Origin: an uncultured Flavobacterium sp.
GTDB taxonomy: Bacteria > Bacteroidota > Bacteroidia > Flavobacteriales > Flavobacteriaceae
Direction of reading: 5' to 3'
NCBI GenBank assembly: GCA_964612955.1
Contig: CAZTGF010000001.1
Location: 1-47,840, forward strand
Length of the DNA: 47,840 bases
A model generated the notes under the pieces. That model saw only the letters and a list, made by a program, of their open reading frames with translations, had not been told where the DNA came from and did no database searches. The position numbers and the translations under genes are program-made. Shown here one piece after another: positions 18,687 to 26,327 of the stretch; within the stretch, counting starts at the first letter, position 1, and each line of letters begins with the position of its first letter.

Positions 18687-19436
18687 TTACTTTTGGCTCA
18701 TGCGCTCCTGAAATGCAAAATACGCGCGTTGGGAAGCTTTTTCTTCGGCCTTCTTTTTCGAAGTCGCCCGGGCCTTTGCAATCACTTTTCCGCCAATGCT
18801 GAGCCGAACCGCATAAAGGCGCTGTCCGTCCGCGTTTGCGTCTTCATACACATCGTAATCAAACGACTCTTTCTGTTTTTGACACCATTCAATGACAAGA
18901 CTCTTATAAGAAATTACTTTGCCCTCGAGCCTTGGAATGTCTACGTAAGGTTCAATGACTTTCGACTGAATAAAGATTTCGCAATAAGGGTAGCCGCGGT
19001 CCAGATAAATGGCGCCGACAAGTGCCTCGAACAAATTGCCGTGAACGTTCTCGCCAAAGTGTACGGGCGCAATTTTAGAATTGATGAACTGCACGAGTTT
19101 CAAGTCGCGACCGAGTTCGTTCAAGTGTTCGCGACTCACGATTTTTGAGCGCATTTTGGTAAGATATCCTTCGTCTCCGGATGGTACCTGATTAAACAAA
19201 TGTGCCGCAATGACGGAACTCAGCATCGCATCGCCCAGAAATTCAAGCCGTTCGTAATTTACTGGATTCCCGGCTGCGTCGGTTTTGTTCGATGACCGAT
19301 GCGTAAAAGCGCGCTCATACCAGGAAATATCGATAGGGGCAAAACCAAGAACATCGGACATCTGATCAAAAAAAATCCCGTCTTTTTTCAAAGCGCGGGA
19401 ATCTTTTTTTAATAATCTTCGGAGCAGGCTTTTCAC
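18687..19436 (-). CDS. rnc: Ribonuclease III
   Basis: AFTHRS, NYERLEFLGDAML signature and FEALVGAIYLD, with a C-terminal dsRBD (SKKKAEEKA). Confidence 0.97.
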   Translation of the reverse strand: MKSLLRRLLKKDSRALKKDGIFFDQMSDVLGFAPIDISWYERAFTHRSSNKTDAAGNPVNYERLEFLGDAMLSSVIAAHLFNQVPSGDEGYLTKMRSKIVSREHLNELGRDLKLVQFINSKIAPVHFGENVHGNLFEALVGAIYLDRGYPYCEIFIQSKVIEPYVDIPRLEGKVISYKSLVIEWCQKQKESFDYDVYEDANADGQRLYAVRLSIGGKVIAKARATSKKKAEEKASQRAYFAFQERMSQK

Positions 19437-20689
19437 TGCGATTCGTATTTTTTAACCAATACGCATGCGTTATGTCCGCCAAACCCGAAGGTGTTGCTCA
19501 TCGCCACCCGAACATCGCGTTTTTGCGCTTTGTTAAACGTAAAGTTGAGTTTCGGGTTGATGTTTTCATCATCGGTAAAATGGTTGATCGTCGGAGGAAC
19601 AATGCCGTGCTTTATAGACAGAATCGACGCAATGGCTTCGATAGCACCGGCTGCTCCAAGCAAATGCCCGGTCATCGATTTTGTCGAATTCAGGTTCAGC
19701 GTGTAAGCGTGTTCGCCAAAAACGTGTTCAATCGCTTTGGATTCGGCTATGTCTCCGAGAGGCGTAGAAGTTCCGTGCATGTTTACCGCATCTACATCCT
19801 CGGGACGCAGGCCGGCATCGCGCAAACAGTTCAACATTACGTTTCTCGCGCCGAAACCTTCGGGATGCGGGGCCGTGATGTGGTGAGCATCCGCGGACAT
19901 TCCGCCACCGCCGATTTCGCAATAAATTTTTGCACCGCGCGCTTTTGCGTGTTCGAGCTCTTCCAGAATAAGGGCACCTGCGCCTTCTCCCAAAACGAAA
20001 CCGTCGCGTTCCTTGTCCATTGGTCTTGAAGCCGAAGCCGGATCGTCGTTTCGCGTAGAAAGAGCATGCATGGCGTTGAATCCGCCCATTCCGGCAATCG
20101 TTACTGCCGCTTCTGATCCGCCCGTGACAATCACGTCAGCGTGGCCCAGACGAATATAATTAAACGCATCGATGAGCGAGTTTGTAGAAGATGCGCAAGC
20201 CGAAACCGTAGTAAAGTTCGGGCCGCGGAATCCGTATTTCATCGAAATATGACCTCCGGCAATGTCAGCGATCATTTTCGGAATAAAGAACGGATTGAAT
20301 TTCGGCGTTCCATTGCCTAGCGTAAAAGCCATGACTTCCTGTTGAAACGTCTCGAGCCCGCCAATTCCGGAACCCCAGATTACGCCTACGCGGTCGTTGT
20401 CCAGAGCGTCGAAATCAAAGTTGGCATCGCGGATGGCTTCATCGGAGGAAACTACAGCGTATTGGGCATACCGGTCCATTTTACGCGCTTCCTTGCGGTC
20501 GATGAAATCCTCGACGTTGAAGTTTTTCACTTCGCAGGCAAACTTGGTTTTAAAGTGCGTGGTATCAAAATAGGTGATCGGAGCCGCGCCGCTAACGCCG
20601 TTCACGAGTCCGTCCCAGAATGCATCAAGGGTATTTCCGATTGGGGTAAGTGCACCTAAACCAGTAACAACAACGCGTCTTAATGCCAT
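19433..20689 (-). CDS. fabF: Beta-ketoacyl-ACP synthase II
   Basis: RRVVVTGLG, SACASS (catalytic Cys), NMHGTSTPLGD, KSMTGHLLG and NTFGFGGHN. ATG at 20689 preferred over the TTG extension. Confidence 0.97.
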   Translation of the reverse strand: MALRRVVVTGLGALTPIGNTLDAFWDGLVNGVSGAAPITYFDTTHFKTKFACEVKNFNVEDFIDRKEARKMDRYAQYAVVSSDEAIRDANFDFDALDNDRVGVIWGSGIGGLETFQQEVMAFTLGNGTPKFNPFFIPKMIADIAGGHISMKYGFRGPNFTTVSACASSTNSLIDAFNYIRLGHADVIVTGGSEAAVTIAGMGGFNAMHALSTRNDDPASASRPMDKERDGFVLGEGAGALILEELEHAKARGAKIYCEIGGGGMSADAHHITAPHPEGFGARNVMLNCLRDAGLRPEDVDAVNMHGTSTPLGDIAESKAIEHVFGEHAYTLNLNSTKSMTGHLLGAAGAIEAIASILSIKHGIVPPTINHFTDDENINPKLNFTFNKAQKRDVRVAMSNTFGFGGHNACVLVKKYESQ

Positions 20690-20723
20690 AAGCTGATAAA
20701 TTTTTTTGAGGAATTTAAACAAA

Positions 20724-20771
20724 GAATACCTATGATCAATGCTTATTTGTCGTAAACATTCACAGGTATTT
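20724..20771 (-). promoter_or_regulatory. Long mRNA hairpin in acpP-fabF spacer (possible RNase III site)
   Basis: 11-bp plus 7-bp stem with a 3-nt bulge. Two G-U pairs form only on the minus (mRNA) strand. Confidence 0.5.
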
Positions 20772-20814
20772 CGGGTATCTAAAAGATTGTCTGACAACCT
20801 TTAAGGTAAGGCAG

Positions 20815-20851
20815 AAAAATAACAACACCCGTAAACCAATGCATACGGGTG
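20815..20851 (-). terminator. Terminator/attenuating hairpin after acpP
   Basis: CACCCGTA-loop-TACGGGTG followed by an interrupted U tail (UUGUUAUUUUU). Confidence 0.65.
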
Positions 20852-20857
20852 GGAAAA

Positions 20858-21094
20858 TTATTTCTTAGCTTCTTCGATATATGAAATCGCCTGACCAACA
20901 GTGGCAATGTTCTCAGCTTGGTCGTCCGGGATTTGAATGTCGAATTCTTTCTCGAATTCCATGATAAGCTCAACAGTGTCTAAGGAGTCTGCTCCCAGAT
21001 CGTTGGTGAAGCTTGCTTCTGCTACCACTTCATTTTCATCAACGCCTAATTTGTCTACGATAATAGCTTTAACTCTTGATGCAATGTCTGACAT
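20858..21094 (-). CDS. acpP: Acyl carrier protein
   Basis: [28 protein letters not shown] -7 element at 21124-21131 (minus). Confidence 0.98.
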   Translation of the reverse strand: MSDIASRVKAIIVDKLGVDENEVVAEASFTNDLGADSLDTVELIMEFEKEFDIQIPDDQAENIATVGQAISYIEEAKK

Positions 21095-21262
21095 AATCTT
21101 TGATTTTAATTTTTAATTGTTGGCAAAAATAAAAAACTTTAGTTTAAAACAATCGATTCGAAAGTAAATAAGTCTAAGATAGAAAATTAATCGGCATTAA
21201 GATTCAGAAATTAGAGTGATTGTCGTGCGGATTGTTTTTTTTTGCAGTTTTAATTGCGTCGC

Positions 21263-21826
21263 ATGAAAAATCTCGTTCTGTTTGCTTCGGGCGATGGCAG
21301 CAATGCCGAAAACCTGATCGTTCATTTTGCCAAATCGGACCTCGGTCGCGTACGGGCCGTGTTTGTGAACCGCGTTACTGCAGGCGTTATCGGCCGATGT
21401 GAACGTCTCGGGATTCCGCACGTACTTTTTTCAAAAGACGAACTCGCGGATGGCACGGTGCTTCGCAAACTTCAAAATTTCGAACCGCATTTGATTGTGC
21501 TTGCCGGCTTTCTGCTCAAGGTTCCGGACGAAATCATCGCTCAGTATCCGAATCGGATTGTGAACATTCATCCGGCGTTGCTTCCCCGGTATGGAGGAAA
21601 AGGCATGTACGGAAATTACGTACACGAAAGCGTTTTTGCAAACAAGGACGCCACTTCGGGCATTTCGATTCACTATGTAAACGGCGTGTACGATGCGGGC
21701 GATGTCATTTTTCAGGCCGATGTCGATGTTTCGGATTGTGAAACACCCTCGGAAATAGCGGCTCGCGTACGCAAGTTAGAACACGACCACTTTCCGCGCG
21801 TCGTAGAAAATCTGTTGCGCGAATGA
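21263..21826 (+). CDS. purN: Phosphoribosylglycinamide formyltransferase
   Basis: FASGDGSNA, LIVLAGF, NIHPALLP, SGISIHYV and YDAG. ATG at 21263. Confidence 0.94.
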   Translation: MKNLVLFASGDGSNAENLIVHFAKSDLGRVRAVFVNRVTAGVIGRCERLGIPHVLFSKDELADGTVLRKLQNFEPHLIVLAGFLLKVPDEIIAQYPNRIVNIHPALLPRYGGKGMYGNYVHESVFANKDATSGISIHYVNGVYDAGDVIFQADVDVSDCETPSEIAARVRKLEHDHFPRVVENLLRE

Positions 21827-22296
21827 ATCAGGCAGAAGTTCATCTTTACACCGATGGAGCGGCCAAAGGAAATCCCGGTCCGGGCGGCTACGGACTTATT
21901 CTGGAATGGGTAGGAAAACCGTACAGGCGCGAATTTAGCGAAGGTTTCCGGCGCACGACGAACAACCGCATGGAGTTGCTCGCTGTGATCGTCGGACTTG
22001 AGAAGCTCAAAAAGCCACAAACCAGCGTACTTGTGTTTTCAGATTCGCGTTACGTTGTGGATTCTGTGGAAAAAGGCTGGGTGTTCGGATGGGATAAAAA
22101 GCGGTTCGAAGGCCGCAAAAATGCCGACCTATGGAAGCGGTTTCTTAAAATTTACCGTCAACACCAGGTTTCTTTTCAGTGGATTAAAGGCCATAACCAG
22201 CATCCCCAGAACGAGCGGTGCGATGCGTTGGCCGTTGCGGCATCAAATGGTCCGGATCTAAATATCGATGCCTATTTCGAAGCGCAGGAAGCGTAA
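21823..22296 (+). CDS. rnhA: Ribonuclease HI
   Basis: YTDGAAKGNPGPGG, TTNNRMELLA, SDSRYV and WIKGH..NERCDALA. Confidence 0.97.
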   Translation: MNQAEVHLYTDGAAKGNPGPGGYGLILEWVGKPYRREFSEGFRRTTNNRMELLAVIVGLEKLKKPQTSVLVFSDSRYVVDSVEKGWVFGWDKKRFEGRKNADLWKRFLKIYRQHQVSFQWIKGHNQHPQNERCDALAVAASNGPDLNIDAYFEAQEA

Positions 22297-22381
22297 CACA
22301 GGTTGCTTTCAAAAACTTGGTTTGCGTTGTCATTTTTGAAGTTATCGAGTATCTTTGCACCCAATTTATATACAGAATCGG

Positions 22382-23308
22382 ATGAATAAATTACTCATCG
22401 TAGGCACCGTGGCTTTTGACGCCATTGAAACGCCGTTTGGAAAAACAGACAAAATTTTAGGCGGGGCAGCTACTTTCATAGGATTGTCAGCGTCTTTTTT
22501 TAACGTGAAATCCGCGGTGGTTTCGGTAGTGGGCGATGACTTTCCCGATGAATACCTTCAATTGCTGCGAGACCGGGATATCGACATCTCGGGTATTGAG
22601 ATCGTCCGCGGCGGTAAAACGTTCTTCTGGAGCGGCAAATACCACAACGACCTCAATTCGCGCGACACTCTCGAAACCCAACTCAACGTGCTCGCTGATT
22701 TCAAACCTGTGGTTCCTGCTGGTTTTACGGAGTCGGACGTTGTAATGCTCGGAAACCTTCACCCCGAAGTGCAATCGAGCGTGTTGGACCAAATGACAAA
22801 AAAGCCGAAACTCGTTGTGCTCGATACAATGAATTTTTGGATGGATTGCGCATTGCCTCAATTGCTCGAGGTCATCAAACGCGTAGATGTGATTACGATA
22901 AACGACGAAGAAGCGCGTCAGCTTTCGGGCGAATATTCACTGGTTAAGGCGGCTGCCCGCATTCACAAAATGGGGCCAAAATACGTCGTTATCAAAAAGG
23001 GCGAACACGGCGCATTGCTGTTCAGCGGTAAAGAAGTTTTCTTTGCACCGGCGCTTCCGCTCGAAGAAGTTTTTGATCCGACCGGCGCAGGCGACACGTT
23101 TGCAGGTGGTTTTTCGGGCTTTATCGCCCAGAGCGAAAATGTATCGTTCGGAAATATGAAGAACGCAATTATTTACGGTTCGAATCTCGCCTCGTTTTGC
23201 GTGGAACAGTTCGGCACAGAGCGAATGCTAAGCCTTACGCCCGAGGAACTCAACGCCAGGCTAAACGAGTTCCGCGCGCTTACTCAGTTCGACATCGCTT
23301 TACAATAG
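22382..23308 (+). CDS. PfkB-family carbohydrate/nucleoside kinase
   Basis: LGGAAT, INDEEA, KKGEHG and DPTGAGDTFAGGF. TATCTTTG at 22350-22357 with TTG 20 nt upstream; ATG at 22382. Confidence 0.92.
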   Translation: MNKLLIVGTVAFDAIETPFGKTDKILGGAATFIGLSASFFNVKSAVVSVVGDDFPDEYLQLLRDRDIDISGIEIVRGGKTFFWSGKYHNDLNSRDTLETQLNVLADFKPVVPAGFTESDVVMLGNLHPEVQSSVLDQMTKKPKLVVLDTMNFWMDCALPQLLEVIKRVDVITINDEEARQLSGEYSLVKAAARIHKMGPKYVVIKKGEHGALLFSGKEVFFAPALPLEEVFDPTGAGDTFAGGFSGFIAQSENVSFGNMKNAIIYGSNLASFCVEQFGTERMLSLTPEELNARLNEFRALTQFDIALQ

Positions 23309-23311
23309 GCC

Positions 23312-23341
23312 AGAGCCTCGGAAAATTCCCGGGGCTTTTTT
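23312..23341 (+). terminator. Intrinsic terminator after PfkB gene
   Basis: AGAGCCTCGG-loop-CCGGGGCTTT followed by a T run. Confidence 0.75.
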
Positions 23342-23388
23342 AATGCAAAATTTCCCGAACTTAATACTACGAAACAACACACATATTT

Positions 23389-25287
23389 ATGAGCGACAAA
23401 TTGAATCACGAATGCGGCATCGCTTTTCTGAGACTAAAAAAGCCACTCTCTTTTTATAAGGAAAAATACGGTTCTGCTTTTTACGGCGTGCAAAAAATGT
23501 ATCTGCTCATGGAAAAGCAGCACAACCGCGGACAAGACGGAGCGGGCCTGGCAAGCATTAAACTGGACGTCACACCCGGTGAACGCTACATCAGCCGCAT
23601 ACGATCGAACCAGCCTCAAGCCATTCAGGATATTTTCAATCAGATCAATGCGCGCTTGAATCAGGAAATCCTCGACCATCCCGGGCGCGCTCATGACATT
23701 GAACAGCTCAAACGCCATGCGCCTTACATAGGCGAAGTATTTCTGGGCCACGTCCGCTACGGAACGTTCGGTAAAAACAGCATCGAGAGCGTTCATCCAT
23801 TTCTGAGACAAAACAACTGGATGCACCGCAATCTCATCGTTGCCGGAAATTTCAATCTCACCAATGTAGGAACGCTGTTTCAATCGCTCATCGAACTGGG
23901 CATGCACCCCAAAGAAATGGCCGATACTGTAACAGTAATGGAGAAAATCGGGCATTTTCTGGACGATGAAGTCACGGAATTGTATTTGGATTGCAAGCAA
24001 CAGGGATTGACAAAACGAGAAGCATCACCTGTAATTGCTGAAAAACTCGACATCGGCAAAATTCTGCGGCGCGCTTCCAAAGGCTGGGACGGAGGTTACG
24101 CCATGGCGGGAATGTTTGGCCACGGAGATGCGTTTGTGTTCAGGGACCCGGCCGGCATCAGGCCTGCGTATTGGTACGAAGACGACGAAATTGTAGTTGT
24201 GGCTTCCGAGCGTCCCGTGATTCAAACCGTGTTCAATATCGGTTTTGAGCAAATCAAGCACATCCAGCCCGGTCACGCGCTCATCGTTAAAAAGAACGGT
24301 CAGGTTAGCGAGGAACAAATCATCGAACCCACGGCCTACAAAGCCTGTTCGTTTGAGCGGATTTATTTTTCGCGCGGGTCCGATGCGCATATTTACGAAG
24401 AGCGAAAAGCGCTCGGGCGTCTGGTTTGGCCGCAAGTAGCCAACGCAATCGACAACGATACCGATAATACGGTTTTCTCTTATATTCCAAACACGGCGGA
24501 AACTGCGTTTTTCGGACTGTCCGAAGCGGCTCAGGACTTTTTGAACCAACGCAAAAACCGCTACATCCTCGACAATCGCAAAACGCTCACCAAGGAAAAA
24601 CTCGAGGAAATTCTGTCGGTGAAAATCCGGACCGAAAAAATCGCGATCAAAGATGTTAAACTGCGAACGTTCATCACCGAAGACAGCAGCCGCGACGATT
24701 TGGTAGCCCACGTGTACGACGTTACCTACGGTGTGGTAAAACCTACAGACAACCTCGTTATCATCGATGACAGTATTGTGCGCGGAACCACACTCAAACT
24801 CAGCATCCTTAAAATGCTGGACAGACTGAACCCAAAACGCATTATTGTAGTGTCATCGGCTCCGCAAATCCGTTACCCGGATTGTTACGGGATCGACATG
24901 GCCAGACTCGAAGGACTTATCGCATTTCAGGCTACGCTCGAACTGCTTAAAGAATCCGGACAGACCCAGCTTCTCGACGATGTTTACGCCCGATGTGTGG
25001 CGCAGAAAGACCTGCCCGACAACGAAGTAACAAATCACGTCAAAGCAATTTATGCGCCGTTCACCGATGAACAAATCGCCGATAAAATCGCTGAACTGCT
25101 ACATTCTCCCGAAATCCGGGCCGATGTAAAAATCATTTTCCAAACTATAAACGGGCTTCATTCGGCTTGTCCGCAGCATTTAGGCGACTGGTATTTTACG
25201 GGCGATTATCCCACGTTCGGAGGGAATCGCATTGTAAATAAGGCATTTATGAATTTTTACGAAGGCAAAGACGCAAGAGCGTATTAA
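23389..25287 (+). CDS. purF: Amidophosphoribosyltransferase, long Bacteroidota form
   Basis: Propeptide then E|CGI (Ntn Cys), NRGQDGAG, GHVRYGT, CSFERIYFSR, IIDDSIVRGTT and PDCYGIDM. Confidence 0.88.
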   Translation: MSDKLNHECGIAFLRLKKPLSFYKEKYGSAFYGVQKMYLLMEKQHNRGQDGAGLASIKLDVTPGERYISRIRSNQPQAIQDIFNQINARLNQEILDHPGRAHDIEQLKRHAPYIGEVFLGHVRYGTFGKNSIESVHPFLRQNNWMHRNLIVAGNFNLTNVGTLFQSLIELGMHPKEMADTVTVMEKIGHFLDDEVTELYLDCKQQGLTKREASPVIAEKLDIGKILRRASKGWDGGYAMAGMFGHGDAFVFRDPAGIRPAYWYEDDEIVVVASERPVIQTVFNIGFEQIKHIQPGHALIVKKNGQVSEEQIIEPTAYKACSFERIYFSRGSDAHIYEERKALGRLVWPQVANAIDNDTDNTVFSYIPNTAETAFFGLSEAAQDFLNQRKNRYILDNRKTLTKEKLEEILSVKIRTEKIAIKDVKLRTFITEDSSRDDLVAHVYDVTYGVVKPTDNLVIIDDSIVRGTTLKLSILKMLDRLNPKRIIVVSSAPQIRYPDCYGIDMARLEGLIAFQATLELLKESGQTQLLDDVYARCVAQKDLPDNEVTNHVKAIYAPFTDEQIADKIAELLHSPEIRADVKIIFQTINGLHSACPQHLGDWYFTGDYPTFGGNRIVNKAFMNFYEGKDARAY

Positions 25288-25339
25288 AAAAAACACATAT
25301 TCGCACTTAATCGGTTTTTGTTGTAGTTCATCTAATTTA

Positions 25340-25371
25340 TTTGTTATAAAAAAGGTGTCATTATACATTTG
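25340..25371 (+). promoter_or_regulatory. Bacteroidota sigma70 promoter (-33 TTTG, -7 TACATTTG)
   Basis: TTTG at 25340-25343, a 20-nt spacer, then TACATTTG at 25364-25371. No downstream + strand gene. Confidence 0.6.
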
Positions 25372-25373
25372 GA

Positions 25374-25447
25374 TCACCATAGCATTAGTAGGTTAAGTTT
25401 ATGGTAGATTTGGGGCAAAAAGGGTGAAAGAAATTTCACCTTTTTTA
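25374..25447 (+). ncRNA. Candidate small RNA (about 75 nt)
   Basis: Consensus promoter, an ACCATA/TATGGT stem and a strong terminator, located between the convergent purF and sod genes. Confidence 0.5.
25417..25446 (+). terminator. Intrinsic (potentially bidirectional) terminator
   Basis: AAAAAGGGTGAAA-GAAA-TTTCACCTTTTTT. Confidence 0.8.
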
Positions 25448-25472
25448 TTTTACAAATATTCCGGACAGACAC

Positions 25473-25500
25473 AAAAAAAACCGACGTTTCCGCGCCGGCT
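25473..25500 (-). terminator. Terminator after sod
   Basis: Minus strand AGCCGGCG-CGGAAA-CGTCGGTT followed by a T run. Confidence 0.7.
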
Positions 25501-25524
25501 TCTTCAGGTTTTTCAGTTCAAATG

Positions 25525-26133
25525 TTATTTAGCCTCATTAAATCGGCGCGTCACTTCTTCCCAGTTAATCACACTAAAAAAAGCTTCGATATAATCCGGA
25601 CGGCGGTTCTGATAATTCAGGTAATACGCGTGTTCCCAAACGTCCATTCCCAAAATAGGCGTTCCACCACACCCAATGCCCGGCATTAACGGGTTATCCT
25701 GATTCGCGCTGCTGCAAACATCCAGTTTCCCGCCTTTATGTACGCAAAGCCATGCCCATCCGGAACCAAACTGCGTAGCGCCCGCTTTGGAAAACTGCGA
25801 TTTAAATTCATCAAACGAACCAAAATCGCGATCAATCGCCTCGGCAAGTTCGCCGCTTGGCTTTCCGCCGCCGTTCGGGCCCATGATTTCCCAGAACAGG
25901 TTGTGATTGTAATATCCGCCGCCGTTGTTTCGCACCGCTTTGTTGTCCATGTCCAGGTTCTCGAGGATTTCCTCGATCGATTTGCCTGCTAAGGGCGTTC
26001 CTTCAACGGCAGAGTTAAGGTTTGTTGTATACGCGTTGTGGTGTTTGCTGTGGTGGATTTCCATCGTCCGCGCGTCAATGTGCGGCTCCAGAGCATCGTA
26101 TGAGTAAGGTAACTTCGGAAGTTCAAATGCCAT
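25525..26133 (-). CDS. sodA: Fe/Mn superoxide dismutase (Mn-type GGG-N-H signature)
   Basis: [26 protein letters not shown] and [16 protein letters not shown] -7 element at 26165-26172 (minus). Confidence 0.95.
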   Translation of the reverse strand: MAFELPKLPYSYDALEPHIDARTMEIHHSKHHNAYTTNLNSAVEGTPLAGKSIEEILENLDMDNKAVRNNGGGYYNHNLFWEIMGPNGGGKPSGELAEAIDRDFGSFDEFKSQFSKAGATQFGSGWAWLCVHKGGKLDVCSSANQDNPLMPGIGCGGTPILGMDVWEHAYYLNYQNRRPDYIEAFFSVINWEEVTRRFNEAK

Positions 26134-26228
26134 AATACAAAAATTTTGAGATTAATAATACTTTCAAAAATACGCAATAAACTTCTAAAACAAAAGTTCC
26201 CAACAGCTCGGGCGTTTTAGTATATTTA

Positions 26229-26311
26229 GGAGCTGTTTCCCGCTATTCGCTGCAATCTTTTTAACGCGCAAACGCCGCGCGCCAAAAAGGATTTCCGCTA
26301 CTATCGGGGCT
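26229..26311 (-). repeat. Flavo-1-like structured intergenic repeat/ncRNA, copy 2
   Basis: Same conserved arms as 672-736 with a longer central hairpin. GGCGCGC/GCGCGUU pairs via G-U only on the minus strand. Confidence 0.72.
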
Positions 26312-26327
26312 AGGCTTAACTCATCAT

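Noticed and set aside
20690-20797. 36-aa N-terminal extension of FabF
   Set aside because: It starts at TTG and runs through a structured spacer. Homology begins at MALRRVVVTG (20689). Similar over-extensions were trimmed for purN, the PfkB kinase, kbl and pepP.
21235-21243. T9 tract upstream of purN as a phase-variation site
   Set aside because: It is a short homopolymer in an AT-rich promoter region of a housekeeping gene, with no supporting evidence.
24025-24711. Long antisense ORFs (e.g. 228 aa opposite purF; also 3420-3962, 5993-6544, 10318-10905, 13590-14216, 19472-20029)
   Set aside because: They are shadow frames opposite well-supported genes, with no recognisable motifs. This is expected from codon bias at this GC content.
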